DNA of 32,000 bases from Candidatus Saccharimonadota bacterium (GCA_023898645.1 CP060232.1:630001-662000); one strand, 5' to 3'; shown: positions 8,570 to 18,364, numbered from the stretch's first letter. Numbers and translations: made by a program. Notes: generated by a model not told the origin, from the letters alone.

Positions 8570-9282
8570 ATCGTTTTTGCTCTCCAAAGTCTATATAAGA
8601 TACTTACGGCGATTGCCGCACCCATACCAACCCAAAGTATGCGCAACAAACCGTCGGCTAAGTCTGTACCCAAATACAGCGCATGAACAAATACGAATAG
8701 TATAACTACATAGGAGAGTAGGTGTACCCACTTCCAAATAATCGGCTTTTTTTCTACCCAAAGTAACGAAGTGATTATTATGATCATAGTTAAATAAAAT
8801 GCCAAGGTACCCATAGCTACGTACAAGGAGCCTAAATGCAATCCAAACAACGTCACTACTTTGTAGTCCGATAGCCAAGGTATCAAAATCTGCCAAATAT
8901 TAAATGGTACGAAATGGTCGAAGAGTAGTCCGAACATATGAATAGATACGGATACTCCAAAAGCAATTCCTAACGCTCTATGCGAAGCCCATGCGGTCAG
9001 CGGTTCAAGAAATCGGTATGTATAACCCGTAACCTGACCAATTCCCGATAATATAAGGATAAGCAGAGCAACCGCTGCGACAATACCGCTGGCACGAATT
9101 ATGTACCACGGCCACGAACTCTTGGCTCGTTCCAGCATACGCTCAGCTAACGTTGGTCCAGGTATAGTCTGGACTTTGATACTATTGTCAGTACTAGCTG
9201 CAATTGCCGCAGGCTGGACGTCTGCAAACAATCCAAATAGCACTGCCAGAGCAAAAAATAACGCCAATATGGACTTACGCAT
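8566..9282 (-). CDS. Ferric-reductase-like (NOX/FRD-type) bis-heme transmembrane domain protein
   Basis: There are two His pairs on predicted TM helices. HRALGIAFGVSVSIH has 13 intervening residues and HLLSYVVILFVFVH has 12, which is the spacing of the NOX/FRE heme ligands. An N-terminal signal/TM segment is present. Confidence 0.7.
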   Translation of the reverse strand: MRKSILALFFALAVLFGLFADVQPAAIAASTDNSIKVQTIPGPTLAERMLERAKSSWPWYIIRASGIVAAVALLILILSGIGQVTGYTYRFLEPLTAWASHRALGIAFGVSVSIHMFGLLFDHFVPFNIWQILIPWLSDYKVVTLFGLHLGSLYVAMGTLAFYLTMIIIITSLLWVEKKPIIWKWVHLLSYVVILFVFVHALYLGTDLADGLLRILWVGMGAAIAVSILYRLWRAKTI

Positions 9283-10240
9283 GAGCCACCGCCTTTACGT
9301 TTTTATTCAACCTTAGACTTCGGCCGAATTTTACGTTTTTTCCATCATAAGTTTGTAGAAGCGCAGCCCTTACATTTCGTGACTTCAAAAAAGGCACTGC
9401 TTTTTCGCTACCCAAAATTACCGCGCATGATGCCAGTACGTCCGCATCTATGCCCTTATCGCAATAAACCGACGCCACCCGGACATCAGACATCGATGGC
9501 CGTTCCGTGCGCGGGTCAATGATATGATGCCAGTCTTTTGTGTCGGTACTAGTTCCGCGCCGTACGTTCGTATCAGAAGTCGCAACAGCAAACGTATCAA
9601 AATTAATCGGCTGGAATATAAAAGGACTGAGATTATCTAATGTGGAACTATCCGCGATACGCACCGTCCATGGCTTTCTATTCTCATCATGACCGCCCGC
9701 CACGATATCCCCACCTAATGAAAACCAAAAACCGACAACTTCGTCAGGCAAACATGCCGCGAGCTGATCCGCAAGATACCCCTTGCCGCAACCGCCCATG
9801 TCAATCGATGTGCCGTAAGGAATCTTCGCCCATTCATCGCCAACTTCAAAATTATCAACTGACACAACAAGTCTATTTGAATAATCGTCTTGGACATCAT
9901 TTTCATGCCCAGGCATAAATGATTTCGTGTAACCAGCGCGTTGCAGAGCAGGCAAGATAAACGGATTGTATAAGCCCCCTGTTACTTCAGTCATACTTTT
10001 TGCAGCCAGTAGCAGCTCACGAAATGCTGGGCTAATGTGACGCCTACGGCCACCAGTCCGATTAAACAAAGACAGTTCGCTTTCTGGAATAAAGCGGCTA
10101 AACTGACGCTCAAACCGAAACGCAATGCCCCAAAGAATCTCCAGCAGTTGCTCAGCTACTGCATCAGGCATATCCGAAACAATCATCAAAGTAACGTCAG
10201 AGCCTACAACCCGCTTCGTCTGAAAATGCTGCTTTAACAT
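9275..10240 (-). CDS. apbE: FAD:protein FMN transferase (ApbE family)
   Basis: Carries MGGCGKGYLADQLA and WHHIIDPRTERPS, which are ApbE signatures. I preferred the ATG at 10240-10238, which overlaps the upstream TAA; the ORF-track start is 10270. No obvious signal peptide. Confidence 0.75.
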   Translation of the reverse strand: MLKQHFQTKRVVGSDVTLMIVSDMPDAVAEQLLEILWGIAFRFERQFSRFIPESELSLFNRTGGRRRHISPAFRELLLAAKSMTEVTGGLYNPFILPALQRAGYTKSFMPGHENDVQDDYSNRLVVSVDNFEVGDEWAKIPYGTSIDMGGCGKGYLADQLAACLPDEVVGFWFSLGGDIVAGGHDENRKPWTVRIADSSTLDNLSPFIFQPINFDTFAVATSDTNVRRGTSTDTKDWHHIIDPRTERPSMSDVRVASVYCDKGIDADVLASCAVILGSEKAVPFLKSRNVRAALLQTYDGKNVKFGRSLRLNKNVKAVAHA

Positions 10241-11415
10241 GTAGTTACCCCGCTTGGTGTCGTCGTGCATATTGGCGTTGGCTGCGGCGCGGTTGCCGTC
10301 GGTGTAGTATTTACGACTGGCGTTGACTGTGTAGTTGGCGCCGAGGCTCCCTGAGTACTCGAGCCGGTCTGCGACACGGTACCAGTAGAACTATTCGCTT
10401 TGATTTGTGATTCAGCTGCCGCCACTTTTGCCAAAGCTTCGGATACTGCCTTCGATACTGGCAGGTGACTGTCCAATGCCGGTAGTTGATTTACTAGTTT
10501 ATCCAAATCTTGCTGCCTGCCGTTCGTTAGCGTACTACCTTCGGTGGTATTATTGTCGAGCAGCGAACTAGATGGCATACTTTTCAGCAAGTCGCTTGCC
10601 ATTACAACAACACTGCCCAAAGATAACCCAACAGCGCTCAAGGCATACATATTGTACGGCCAGCTACGAATTTGCCCCGTTTGTCGGCGAGAGCCCTGAC
10701 TAAACGCCTCGGTCATAATTTGACTTCGACTAACGTCCTTAGCGCGCAAAGTACTAATTGCGGCATTTATAAATGGAGGCGGCCCGCACAAAAAGAACGT
10801 TTTATCACCGTAATGATGACCAGTAACCTCGTCGAGCAACTCAGGAGTGATGCGGCCTGATTTAACCTCTTGTTTTTCGAACTTATCGACTGGACCATGA
10901 CCAATCACAAACACTACTTTAAGCCGTGGATTTTGATCCTGCATCTTAATTAACTCACTTCTAAAAGGCACGTCGTCTTGTGACGCACAGCTATAGACAA
11001 GTACTATGTCGCAGTCTGCATGAATGGTTGAAGCAAATCGTACCATACTCATAAATGGGGTGATTCCTATGCCACCCGCCAGCAAAACAACGTCTTTATC
11101 ACGTTCGGCATCGAAAACGAAACCACCAAATGGTCCACGTACTTTTACGATGTCGCCTTTTTTTACTTTCGACAATGCTGTCGTAAAACGACCGCGCGTT
11201 CGCATACTAAACTGCAAAGTTTCTTGCTGAGTAGGTGAGCTGACGATAGAAAAGCAACGAGCTGGAGTCGGTCTAAAGTTATGCGAAAAACTTATTGCCG
11301 CGTACTGCCCAGGCTGAAATGTAAAAGGAAATTTATCCTTACTTTTTAAGGACAATAACAGAGTAGAAGCAGTGATCTGCTCCGCGTCCTCTACGACATA
11401 CTTATGTATAAACAC
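10234..11415 (-). CDS. Ferredoxin-NADP reductase-like FAD/NAD(P)H oxidoreductase with a C-terminal TM anchor and a Ser/Thr/Pro-rich tail
   Basis: Motifs are RCFSIVSSP (the RxYS-type FAD motif), LLAGGIGITPFMSM (NAD(P)H binding) and FFLCGPPPF. A TM helix (ALSAVGLSLGSVVVMA) is followed by an STP-rich tail. GTG start. Confidence 0.75.
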   Translation of the reverse strand: MFIHKYVVEDAEQITASTLLLSLKSKDKFPFTFQPGQYAAISFSHNFRPTPARCFSIVSSPTQQETLQFSMRTRGRFTTALSKVKKGDIVKVRGPFGGFVFDAERDKDVVLLAGGIGITPFMSMVRFASTIHADCDIVLVYSCASQDDVPFRSELIKMQDQNPRLKVVFVIGHGPVDKFEKQEVKSGRITPELLDEVTGHHYGDKTFFLCGPPPFINAAISTLRAKDVSRSQIMTEAFSQGSRRQTGQIRSWPYNMYALSAVGLSLGSVVVMASDLLKSMPSSSLLDNNTTEGSTLTNGRQQDLDKLVNQLPALDSHLPVSKAVSEALAKVAAAESQIKANSSTGTVSQTGSSTQGASAPTTQSTPVVNTTPTATAPQPTPICTTTPSGVTTC

Positions 11416-11424
11416 GACATAATC

Positions 11425-11433
11425 ATTATAGCA
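11425..11433 (-). promoter_or_regulatory. Extended -10 element (TGcTATAAT on the minus strand) upstream of the oxidoreductase operon
   Basis: The + strand attatagca at 11425-11433 reads tgctataat on the minus strand. The GTG start is ~9 nt downstream, implying a leaderless or near-leaderless mRNA. Confidence 0.4.
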
Positions 11434-11484
11434 GTCAATTTGTCATGACGTGTTGTATACATACTAAAAACTTCCATCAAAATT

Positions 11485-11982
11485 TTATAAATATGGCTCT
11501 GCTGAATAATATTTTTCAACCCAAGTTCGCATAACGCCAATTCGGTGCCCCACTGCAGGGTCTTTCGGATCATTTATGATGTCTTGCGCGCGCAGACTAA
11601 GTTCATCGGAAGTATAATTTACTCTTCGTCGATTGTCGGCATAGATTTTACGTCTGTAGGCGGTAATGGCCCTGTAGTCATCGCCGTCAAAAGTAACAAG
11701 ATGAAAGCCAAGCGCACAACGACCCATTCTGTCTTCGAATGTCACATTCCTATGACCGCTATAGCCGTCTAGTCGGCCTTCGGCATCGGCATGAACGGGC
11801 CACTGTAGATCTAGTTGAATTCTTTCCCACATACTATTAAATTCACCGAGTCGTTCAGCTGCCTTCTCACGCATCTCAATCGCCATCTGTTCATAAGACA
11901 AATTACAATTACCATAGTCCAAAATAATTCCAGAATTATTGTGATCGGTCGTAGATATAATTTCGGTCGTACCGTAAGTCAT
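11485..11982 (-). CDS. Hypothetical protein (165 aa)
   Basis: Clean ORF with an ATG start. No family recognised. Confidence 0.5.
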   Translation of the reverse strand: MTYGTTEIISTTDHNNSGIILDYGNCNLSYEQMAIEMREKAAERLGEFNSMWERIQLDLQWPVHADAEGRLDGYSGHRNVTFEDRMGRCALGFHLVTFDGDDYRAITAYRRKIYADNRRRVNYTSDELSLRAQDIINDPKDPAVGHRIGVMRTWVEKYYSAEPYL

Positions 11983-12243
11983 AATATTCCCACAGTACCA
12001 CTTGTGCCTGTAACGTCAAAATAGTTATGCTCTCGATAGGGCAAATTTACTGAAATAGCGACCATTTACATTCATACAATGCATGTAGCAAGGTGTTTCG
12101 TCGTATGGACAATTTTATAAGTATTATCATTAATCTTGCCCAACTACATGTAAGTTGTACGAGCTTTGCCTGATGTGGTAGACTGTCAGCAACGCCGGCG
12201 TAAATCACGCTGACAATCGCACCTTTGGAGGGAGGTGAGTAAG

Positions 12244-12885
12244 GTGAGCAGCATCTTTGCATGGTTCAGTGCGAACTGGCCTGTGATTTTGAGTGTACTT
12301 GGTGGCGCCGGTGGCATCGCCGGTTTCGTCAAATCATTTCATATCGTCCGTGAATACGAACTTGCAATCGTGACCAAACCTCGTGGCGGCAGCGTCATAA
12401 GAGACAAGGAAACGGGGCAAGTCAAGGAATATACGGGCGTCCTGATCCGATTAGCTGGACTATACCGCGTCATTGTCGTCAACATGAAAGACCATGTGGA
12501 CCTTATCTTACTCGACGGTGTGATGCGCCCGACGGAAAGTGGTCATCGCGAAAAATGGCAGCTATCCGCGACAATCAAATGGCACATCGAAAAGGGCTAC
12601 GTCTATCAGGCGTCCGAGTGGCATCTCACGGACATCGGCGAATACGCGAGGGGTAAGATTCAGGATGCGATTCTGAATTATCTAGAAAACACCCCAGCCG
12701 CCGTAGAGCTAAATTCTGCTGGAGTTTTTACGGCCAGCCGGACAAAGGCCGTCCAGGAAGAGTTACTCACTCACGGCGTCGTATGGACCGAGCTGATGGT
12801 CAACAAAAACGCGTTGGCTGACTCCGAGATCCAGGGTCAAGCCATCCGCGAAATCGGCAATCCGTTACGCCCAGACACCGCCTAA
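12244..12885 (+). CDS. SPFH/band-7-like membrane-anchored protein (tentative)
   Basis: Has an N-terminal TM helix (WPVILSVLGGAGGIAGFV) followed by VREYELAIV..., which resembles the start of an SPFH domain. The GTG at 12244 lies 8 nt after ggagggagg (12227-12235). The ORF-track start at 12235 sits inside the SD sequence. Confidence 0.45.
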   Translation: MSSIFAWFSANWPVILSVLGGAGGIAGFVKSFHIVREYELAIVTKPRGGSVIRDKETGQVKEYTGVLIRLAGLYRVIVVNMKDHVDLILLDGVMRPTESGHREKWQLSATIKWHIEKGYVYQASEWHLTDIGEYARGKIQDAILNYLENTPAAVELNSAGVFTASRTKAVQEELLTHGVVWTELMVNKNALADSEIQGQAIREIGNPLRPDTA

Positions 12886-12895
12886 CCACTCTCAA

Positions 12896-12945
12896 ACCCG
12901 TCTTGTGCTTGCCTCACTGGCATGACAAGGCGGGTCTTTTCTTTT
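12896..12945 (+). terminator. Rho-independent terminator, possibly bidirectional
   Basis: An 11-bp stem acccgtcttgt (12896-12906) / acaaggcgggt (12925-12935) with one G.U pair, followed by cttttctttt. Confidence 0.6.
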
Positions 12946-12960
12946 CACGCACGCTTCTAT

Positions 12961-14655
12961 CTACGAGATTGGTTCAAATTCCTTTTCAGAGCCATCCGAT
13001 ACTGCGCCAACTTGGTCTATACCGGGAGCATCTACGTCTCTGTTTGTCTTGGTCGCAAGTGTAAAGCTAAACGTCGAACCATTGTTCAGGCGACTATCTA
13101 CGTTAATCTTTGCATCAAGCTTGTCGATAAGTTTAGCGACCACATACAACCCAAGCCCCGTACCGGTAGTTTCGCGTGTCCTATAATCTTCGCTACGATA
13201 GAATTTTTCAAAAATATGTTCTATGTCCGACTTGCTCATACCGATTCCGGTGTCGGTAACAAAAAACCGGATTCGACTATCCGACTCCATCTTTGCACCA
13301 AAGGTAACTGACCCATCCTTGGTATACTTTATGGCGTTAGTAATGAAGTTTTGCAATATTTCTTCCAGATACAATCGACTTGTTTCGATAGACGGCAGGT
13401 TGGTCTCGGCGTCCAGATTAAGCTGTAGTGATTTCATGTGTGCTTCGTTTTCATACCTACCGTAAAGGTCATGCAGCATCGTGTTAACATTTACCGATTC
13501 AACGAAGTCTCCCACTCCGCGCTCGGCGCGTGACAATGTCGAAAGATCGTTGATCATGTTAGCCAAGTACACGACCTGTGCGTGCGCAGCCTCGGCGGCA
13601 TCATGAATTTTAATTTCAGAAGCTTTACGTTCCTGCATAAGCATAAGATTACTCAAGCTGCCTTCGGCAATAGCAACCGGCGTGCGAAGCTCATGACTAG
13701 TAACACTTATAAACTCGTCTTTTTCTTCTTCTAGTGTTTTTTGTTTCGTAATGTCACGCAGTATCAAAACAACTCCGTACTCTTCTTCGTCATTAAAGGT
13801 TCCACGAATTCGAGACATCTGCACATTCAAATGCTTTATATCTTCACCTTTACCAGTAGACAGATCGTCTCGCGTACTTGACGTTTTAATCGTTCGCGCC
13901 AATTCCGTCACACCTACGGGATGACCGTTCATATCTGTAAGTTCCAAAATCTGATCGATATTACGCCCAATGAGAGATTCGTTAGTATCAAAAAACACCT
14001 GAGCGGCTGCATTTTGAGAGGTGACGCGACCGTAGCGATTAAGCGTCATAACTGCGTCGCTAATACTGTTTAGCAGTGTATTCAGGCGGTTCACCTGTAG
14101 CTGTTCTGAATGCTGTGACCTCTGTAAATCAACGGCCTTCTTGCGACTATGCGAAATGATATTAACAAATATATACGAAAGCAAAATCGTCATAAGAACG
14201 ACCATAACGGAGTTACCAGAATACACAAGAACATTCGGCTCAAGGTCGTTAGCAAACAACAATGAATACGCCGCACCCGTAAGCACAAGAGACAAGCTAC
14301 TCATAACAAACCCCGTCCAGCCAAAGTAAATAGACGCCCATAAAATCAAAATCGACCAAAGCACGGTATATGGACTAAAAATCTCAGAGAACCATAGCAG
14401 CAACACTGCCATAGTAAAGTGATACCAAACGATGGTAAGTAATTTAAAATGAGAAGATTTCGTACCCATGTATGTGAGTATGGGTGTCACGAGAAAGGCA
14501 GAAAGAAAAAAGAAGTTTCTTACAAGAGGGGTGTAGTGCTGAGGCACGCCATTACCAAATGCGAGTAAAAGCATTATAACCACCGCAATGATGATTAACA
14601 TGCCCGTTAGCGAAAGGGCCAGCCTCTTTGAGAGTACGCGAGTATCATCAATCAT
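12961..14655 (-). CDS. Sensor histidine kinase (multi-TM sensor, PAS, HisKA, HATPase_c)
   Basis: The H-box is SVTSHELRTPVAIAEG and the G-box is TGTGLGLYVVAKLI. The N-terminal region has about six hydrophobic helices. No adjacent response regulator. Confidence 0.85.
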   Translation of the reverse strand: MIDDTRVLSKRLALSLTGMLIIIAVVIMLLLAFGNGVPQHYTPLVRNFFFLSAFLVTPILTYMGTKSSHFKLLTIVWYHFTMAVLLLWFSEIFSPYTVLWSILILWASIYFGWTGFVMSSLSLVLTGAAYSLLFANDLEPNVLVYSGNSVMVVLMTILLSYIFVNIISHSRKKAVDLQRSQHSEQLQVNRLNTLLNSISDAVMTLNRYGRVTSQNAAAQVFFDTNESLIGRNIDQILELTDMNGHPVGVTELARTIKTSSTRDDLSTGKGEDIKHLNVQMSRIRGTFNDEEEYGVVLILRDITKQKTLEEEKDEFISVTSHELRTPVAIAEGSLSNLMLMQERKASEIKIHDAAEAAHAQVVYLANMINDLSTLSRAERGVGDFVESVNVNTMLHDLYGRYENEAHMKSLQLNLDAETNLPSIETSRLYLEEILQNFITNAIKYTKDGSVTFGAKMESDSRIRFFVTDTGIGMSKSDIEHIFEKFYRSEDYRTRETTGTGLGLYVVAKLIDKLDAKINVDSRLNNGSTFSFTLATKTNRDVDAPGIDQVGAVSDGSEKEFEPIS

Positions 14656-14737
14656 TACATAAGCATCTTAATATAAAACATAAGTTTTATCTAGATGAGA
14701 CCACTGTCAGGAGTATTTGCTATGTACTAACTTTTTT

Positions 14738-14766
14738 TTGTTAGAGTGTATTCTCTTTGCTATACT
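14738..14766 (+). promoter_or_regulatory. Sigma70-like promoter (TTGTTA-17 nt-TATACT)
   Basis: The -35 is at 14738-14743 and the -10 at 14761-14766. The ATG at 14776 is only 9 nt after the -10, so the mRNA would be leaderless. Confidence 0.5.
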
Positions 14767-14775
14767 AGCAACAAT

Positions 14776-15348
14776 ATGAAGTCACTTCATCTGAGCAGAC
14801 CATATTTGTTGTTGGCGATTGGCATACCGGGAGCAGGCAAAAGCGCCTTTTCTTCGAAGTTTGCAAAAACATTCAATACGCCGTTTATCGACTACGTCGA
14901 ACTTGCCGGCATCGTCAAAGACGAGGCGACATTTCACAAAGTCGCTAACTATACGCTAAAGCAATTATTTCTGACAAAACAGACAATCGTCCTAGACGGA
15001 CGAGGGGAAAAGGTAGCCGACAGGCGACAAATTATAGACATGGCGGTTAAGCACGGCTATATACCACTTTTCATCTGGGTCCAGACCGAGCCCGCGACAG
15101 CAGAACAGCGAGTCGCTCGTGGCAAAGGCGCAAAGATGACAGTCAAACAATTTGATGAAGGCATACTACAATTCCAGAACCCAGCAAAAGGCGAACCCGT
15201 ACTTGTCATAAGTGGCAGACACACGTACGCCTCTCAGGCGCGCGCGGTTCTCAAACGACTAGCCGGGGATCGACCCGTCGAAGAAACTCCAAGAATCGCC
15301 ACCCCTCCACCTCGACAGACGCCTGTACGCGGACGATTCATACGATAG
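14776..15348 (+). CDS. P-loop kinase/ATPase (AAA_33 / zeta-toxin-like fold)
   Basis: Walker A is GIPGAGKSAF. I moved the start to the ATG at 14776 because the ORF-track GTG at 14746 overlaps the promoter. The C-terminal tail is Pro/Arg-rich. Confidence 0.6.
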   Translation: MKSLHLSRPYLLLAIGIPGAGKSAFSSKFAKTFNTPFIDYVELAGIVKDEATFHKVANYTLKQLFLTKQTIVLDGRGEKVADRRQIIDMAVKHGYIPLFIWVQTEPATAEQRVARGKGAKMTVKQFDEGILQFQNPAKGEPVLVISGRHTYASQARAVLKRLAGDRPVEETPRIATPPPRQTPVRGRFIR

Positions 15349-15355
15349 GAATAAC

Positions 15356-16045
15356 ATGGCGACAATACATGACGAGGAATTCGGCGAGATCACTGTCCGC
15401 CGAAGTGTGCGCGCGCATTCTATTCGCATAAGCGTCGCTCCGGACGGCACGCTACGCGCATCCCTACCTCCGTATGCGCCACTATTTACGCTAAAACGGC
15501 TCGTCAAATCATCTCGCAGCAAGCTTCGCAAAATGTTAATACAACAGACGCCCACTTATAATTTGGCTAACGGCATGGAAGTTGGAAAAAGTCATAAACT
15601 CGTCGTAGGCAAGTCCATCCGCACAAGCGTACGGCGCACCGGCCAGTCTATCGTAGTTGCGCTAGCGCCAGGGGACAATTTGCATGATCCGTTAATCGAG
15701 CGAAAAGTACGAGACACTATAGCAGCAGCGCTGCGTGTCGAAGCTAAAAATTACCTTCCGCGCAGGTTGGCCTACTTAGCCGAAAAACTAGATTGCAACT
15801 ATGAGAAGGCTCGTTTTTCGCATGCCAGTAGCCGCTGGGGGAGTTGCAGCAGTAGCGGTACAATTAGCCTCAACATAGCGCTCATGAAACTACCGTTTGA
15901 ACTTATCGATTACGTTATCATTCATGAACTTTGTCATACCAAACAAATGAATCACTCACCAAAATTTTGGGCGCTTGTCGAAACGGCCGACCCCTCGTAT
16001 AAGCTTCACCGAAAAATGCTCAAATCTCACTCGCCGTCAGTATAG
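15356..16045 (+). CDS. M48-family metallopeptidase, YgjP/DUF45-like
   Basis: The HExxH motif occurs in YVIIHELCHTKQMNHSPKFW, the characteristic C-terminal motif of this family. Confidence 0.75.
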   Translation: MATIHDEEFGEITVRRSVRAHSIRISVAPDGTLRASLPPYAPLFTLKRLVKSSRSKLRKMLIQQTPTYNLANGMEVGKSHKLVVGKSIRTSVRRTGQSIVVALAPGDNLHDPLIERKVRDTIAAALRVEAKNYLPRRLAYLAEKLDCNYEKARFSHASSRWGSCSSSGTISLNIALMKLPFELIDYVIIHELCHTKQMNHSPKFWALVETADPSYKLHRKMLKSHSPSV

Positions 16046-16090
16046 ACTCGATGACCTTTGAAACCCCTATGAAAGCACGCTGTTCTTTGT

Positions 16091-17179
16091 TTATTTTCTA
16101 TAAACCTGTATAGGTCGGCCCTTCCAGGTGACCACGCCCAACTTATACTGGTACAAGCTGACGATGAGTAACGCGATTTCCTGAGCTATAGTGAATGGAA
16201 GTAGCAATGCGCCGACAAATCGATAACGCACCCATACTCGGCTTAAGTAATAGTAGGCGATTAAATATTGCAGTGCGACCAAAACCCCCGCCCATGGCTG
16301 CCACCATACAACTGCATACGGTATAAGCGTGACGCCAAGAAGCACGACCAGCCAAATAACCTGCAACCAAAACGCATCGCACTGCGGATAGAGCAGGCGG
16401 ATACTTGTCTCGACTTGCGATGACCATTTCTTTTCAAAACGTACGCCCAACCACGAGCTGCTCATTACCAACCGATACGCTTTTTCTGCCGCCAATTTAC
16501 GAGCAATTGTCGTCTCCATGAGCATAGATTTTTGAAGCGATGTATCATTCTGCAACTCATCTAACATCAATTTCCGCTCTATCAACCACGCGTTAGACAC
16601 AGCGCGCGGACGAGTCGGCGTAAATCGCACCATCGCCCAATAGTATCGCATTGTAGTAACGAGAGTGCTCGACTCCCAGCGATTATTTCTTAATGGCACA
16701 ACCGACACCATTTTTGCCTTATAAAACAATAGGTAGCTGACAAGACGCGCCACAGTGTGCCGCTCAATGAGCGTATCGACATCCATAAATAATATATATT
16801 TACCACTAGCTTCATCTGCCAACATAGCTTGGGCATAATTTTTGCCTAACCAGTCTTCCGGTAACGGCTTACCTTCGACAAAACGAACGCCGGCATGAGC
16901 AAAAGATTTTATAAGCATAGACGTGTCGTCGCGTGAGCCGTCGTCTAACACGATAACTTCAAGTTTTGGATAGTCACTAGCAACTACTCGCTCTAAACAC
17001 TGCGTCATAGCGTGCGTCTCGTCGCGCGCGGTTATACATATACTAACTGTTGGCAAGTCTTTTTGCACAGGCAGATCTACGGGCATAGTCAACCTTCGAA
17101 ACGCAACACGCAGTCTGATGAGAATGAATATATCGAGTGCGCCGACAACCCCAAGCAGAAACAGGTCAATCATTACCAC
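16091..17179 (-). CDS. Family 2 glycosyltransferase with C-terminal TM helices
   Basis: Contains VSICITARDE...VIVLDDGSRDDT and FMDVDT (DxD). The start could be the GTG at 17179 or the ATG at 17173. Confidence 0.75.
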   Translation of the reverse strand: MVMIDLFLLGVVGALDIFILIRLRVAFRRLTMPVDLPVQKDLPTVSICITARDETHAMTQCLERVVASDYPKLEVIVLDDGSRDDTSMLIKSFAHAGVRFVEGKPLPEDWLGKNYAQAMLADEASGKYILFMDVDTLIERHTVARLVSYLLFYKAKMVSVVPLRNNRWESSTLVTTMRYYWAMVRFTPTRPRAVSNAWLIERKLMLDELQNDTSLQKSMLMETTIARKLAAEKAYRLVMSSSWLGVRFEKKWSSQVETSIRLLYPQCDAFWLQVIWLVVLLGVTLIPYAVVWWQPWAGVLVALQYLIAYYYLSRVWVRYRFVGALLLPFTIAQEIALLIVSLYQYKLGVVTWKGRPIQVYRK

Positions 17180-17237
17180 TATACTAACATATCCTTATAC
17201 ATGTTGTCCGCCTCTGCCCGCACCCTTTCTCTGGTGC

Positions 17238-17266
17238 TTGACATTACGGCCGACTACACCTATACT
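17238..17266 (+). promoter_or_regulatory. Near-consensus sigma70 promoter (TTGACA-17 nt-TATACT) for secE-nusG
   Basis: The -35 is at 17238-17243 and the -10 at 17261-17266. A 7-bp hairpin (agcctgc-gacaa-gcaggct) lies in the leader. Confidence 0.6.
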
Positions 17267-17317
17267 TTGTATTGACAGCCTGCGACAAGCAGGCTATTTA
17301 AGTACAGAAAGAACAAC

Positions 17318-17707
17318 GTGGCAAATACGACCAAAAAGTCATCGAAAAGCAAAGTGAAAGACGACGCGAATGTCGTCCGTATCCGTGCGAACGCTTCAAG
17401 TAGCGATAAACCGTCTAAAGAAGCAAAGACTACCGTAAAGACTCCAGCGAAAAAGTCTAAAGTCGTCACAAAAGACAAAAAGGCAAGGAAACTTCACACG
17501 AAGTTCAAAGCTCCTCGCGTCTTACGTGCTATTGGCGGCTATTTCAAAGGTGCATGGGTTGAACTACGTCAAGTTCGCTGGCCAAACCGCCGCGCCACTT
17601 GGGGCCTCACATTGGCAGTTATAGCTTATAGCGCATTTTTCGTCGTCTTCGTACTACTACTAGACGCCGGATTCAAATATTTATTCGATTTAATTCTAAA
17701 GAAGTAA
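17318..17707 (+). CDS. secE: Preprotein translocase subunit SecE with a long Lys-rich N-terminal extension
   Basis: The C-terminal segment ELRQVRWPNRRATWGLTLAVIAYSAFFVVFVLLLD is SecE-like, and the gene lies immediately upstream of nusG. GTG start. Confidence 0.85.
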   Translation: MANTTKKSSKSKVKDDANVVRIRANASSSDKPSKEAKTTVKTPAKKSKVVTKDKKARKLHTKFKAPRVLRAIGGYFKGAWVELRQVRWPNRRATWGLTLAVIAYSAFFVVFVLLLDAGFKYLFDLILKK

Positions 17708-17721
17708 GATAAAGGAGCACT

Positions 17722-18264
17722 ATGTCAAACAGGTACGACAGCACCCGCAAATGGTACGCAATTCACACGTATAGCGGTTATGAAGAGAAGGTGGCTGACA
17801 GCATTCGTCAGCGTATCAATGCTGTTGACATGGCAGACAAAATTTTTGACGTAATGGTGCCCAAGGAAAAGCAGATCCAAATCAAAAACGGCAAACGAAA
17901 AGTTGTCGAAGCAAAGATTTTCCAAGGATATGTACTTGTTGAAATGAAATTAACAGACGAAACTTGGTACATCGTCCGCAACACTCCTGGCGTCACAGGT
18001 TTCGTAGGTAGTGGCACCGAGCCAACTCCGGTTTTTGATGCAGAAATTGCCAAAATCAAAAAACGCATGGGAGTTGAAGATCCAAAGCATCATATCGACT
18101 ACGCTGAAGGCGAAGTCGTCAGTATCACAGACGGACCGTTCAAAGGCTTCGATGGTGCAATCAGCGAAATTGACACACAAAAGGGCAAGATCAAGGTCAT
18201 GGTTAGCATGTTTGGTCGCGACACCCCTGTAGAGCTTGACGCACTCCAAGTCAAAAAAGTATAG
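17722..18264 (+). CDS. nusG: Transcription termination/antitermination factor NusG
   Basis: Contains KWYAIHTYSGYE, IFQGYVLVEM, RNTPGVTGFVG and a KOW segment GEVVSITDGPFKGFDGAISEID. Confidence 0.95.
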   Translation: MSNRYDSTRKWYAIHTYSGYEEKVADSIRQRINAVDMADKIFDVMVPKEKQIQIKNGKRKVVEAKIFQGYVLVEMKLTDETWYIVRNTPGVTGFVGSGTEPTPVFDAEIAKIKKRMGVEDPKHHIDYAEGEVVSITDGPFKGFDGAISEIDTQKGKIKVMVSMFGRDTPVELDALQVKKV

Positions 18265-18284
18265 AGACACTGTTACACTACAGA

Positions 18285-18311
18285 GAGTCCGGCCAGCCGG
18301 ACTCTTTTTTT
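18285..18311 (+). terminator. Rho-independent terminator after nusG
   Basis: The stem gagtccgg / ccggactc with loop ccag is followed by ttttttt. Confidence 0.85.
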
Positions 18312-18364
18312 GCAGTAATATGGTATAATAATCAAGTCTCAGTCAATCAACCTGGAGGACATCT

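Noticed and set aside
12047-13311. ORFs 12047..12262(-) and 12922..13311(+)
   Set aside because: The first lies in the promoter/leader region of the SPFH-like gene. The second is antisense to the histidine kinase 3' end. Neither has a motif or an RBS.
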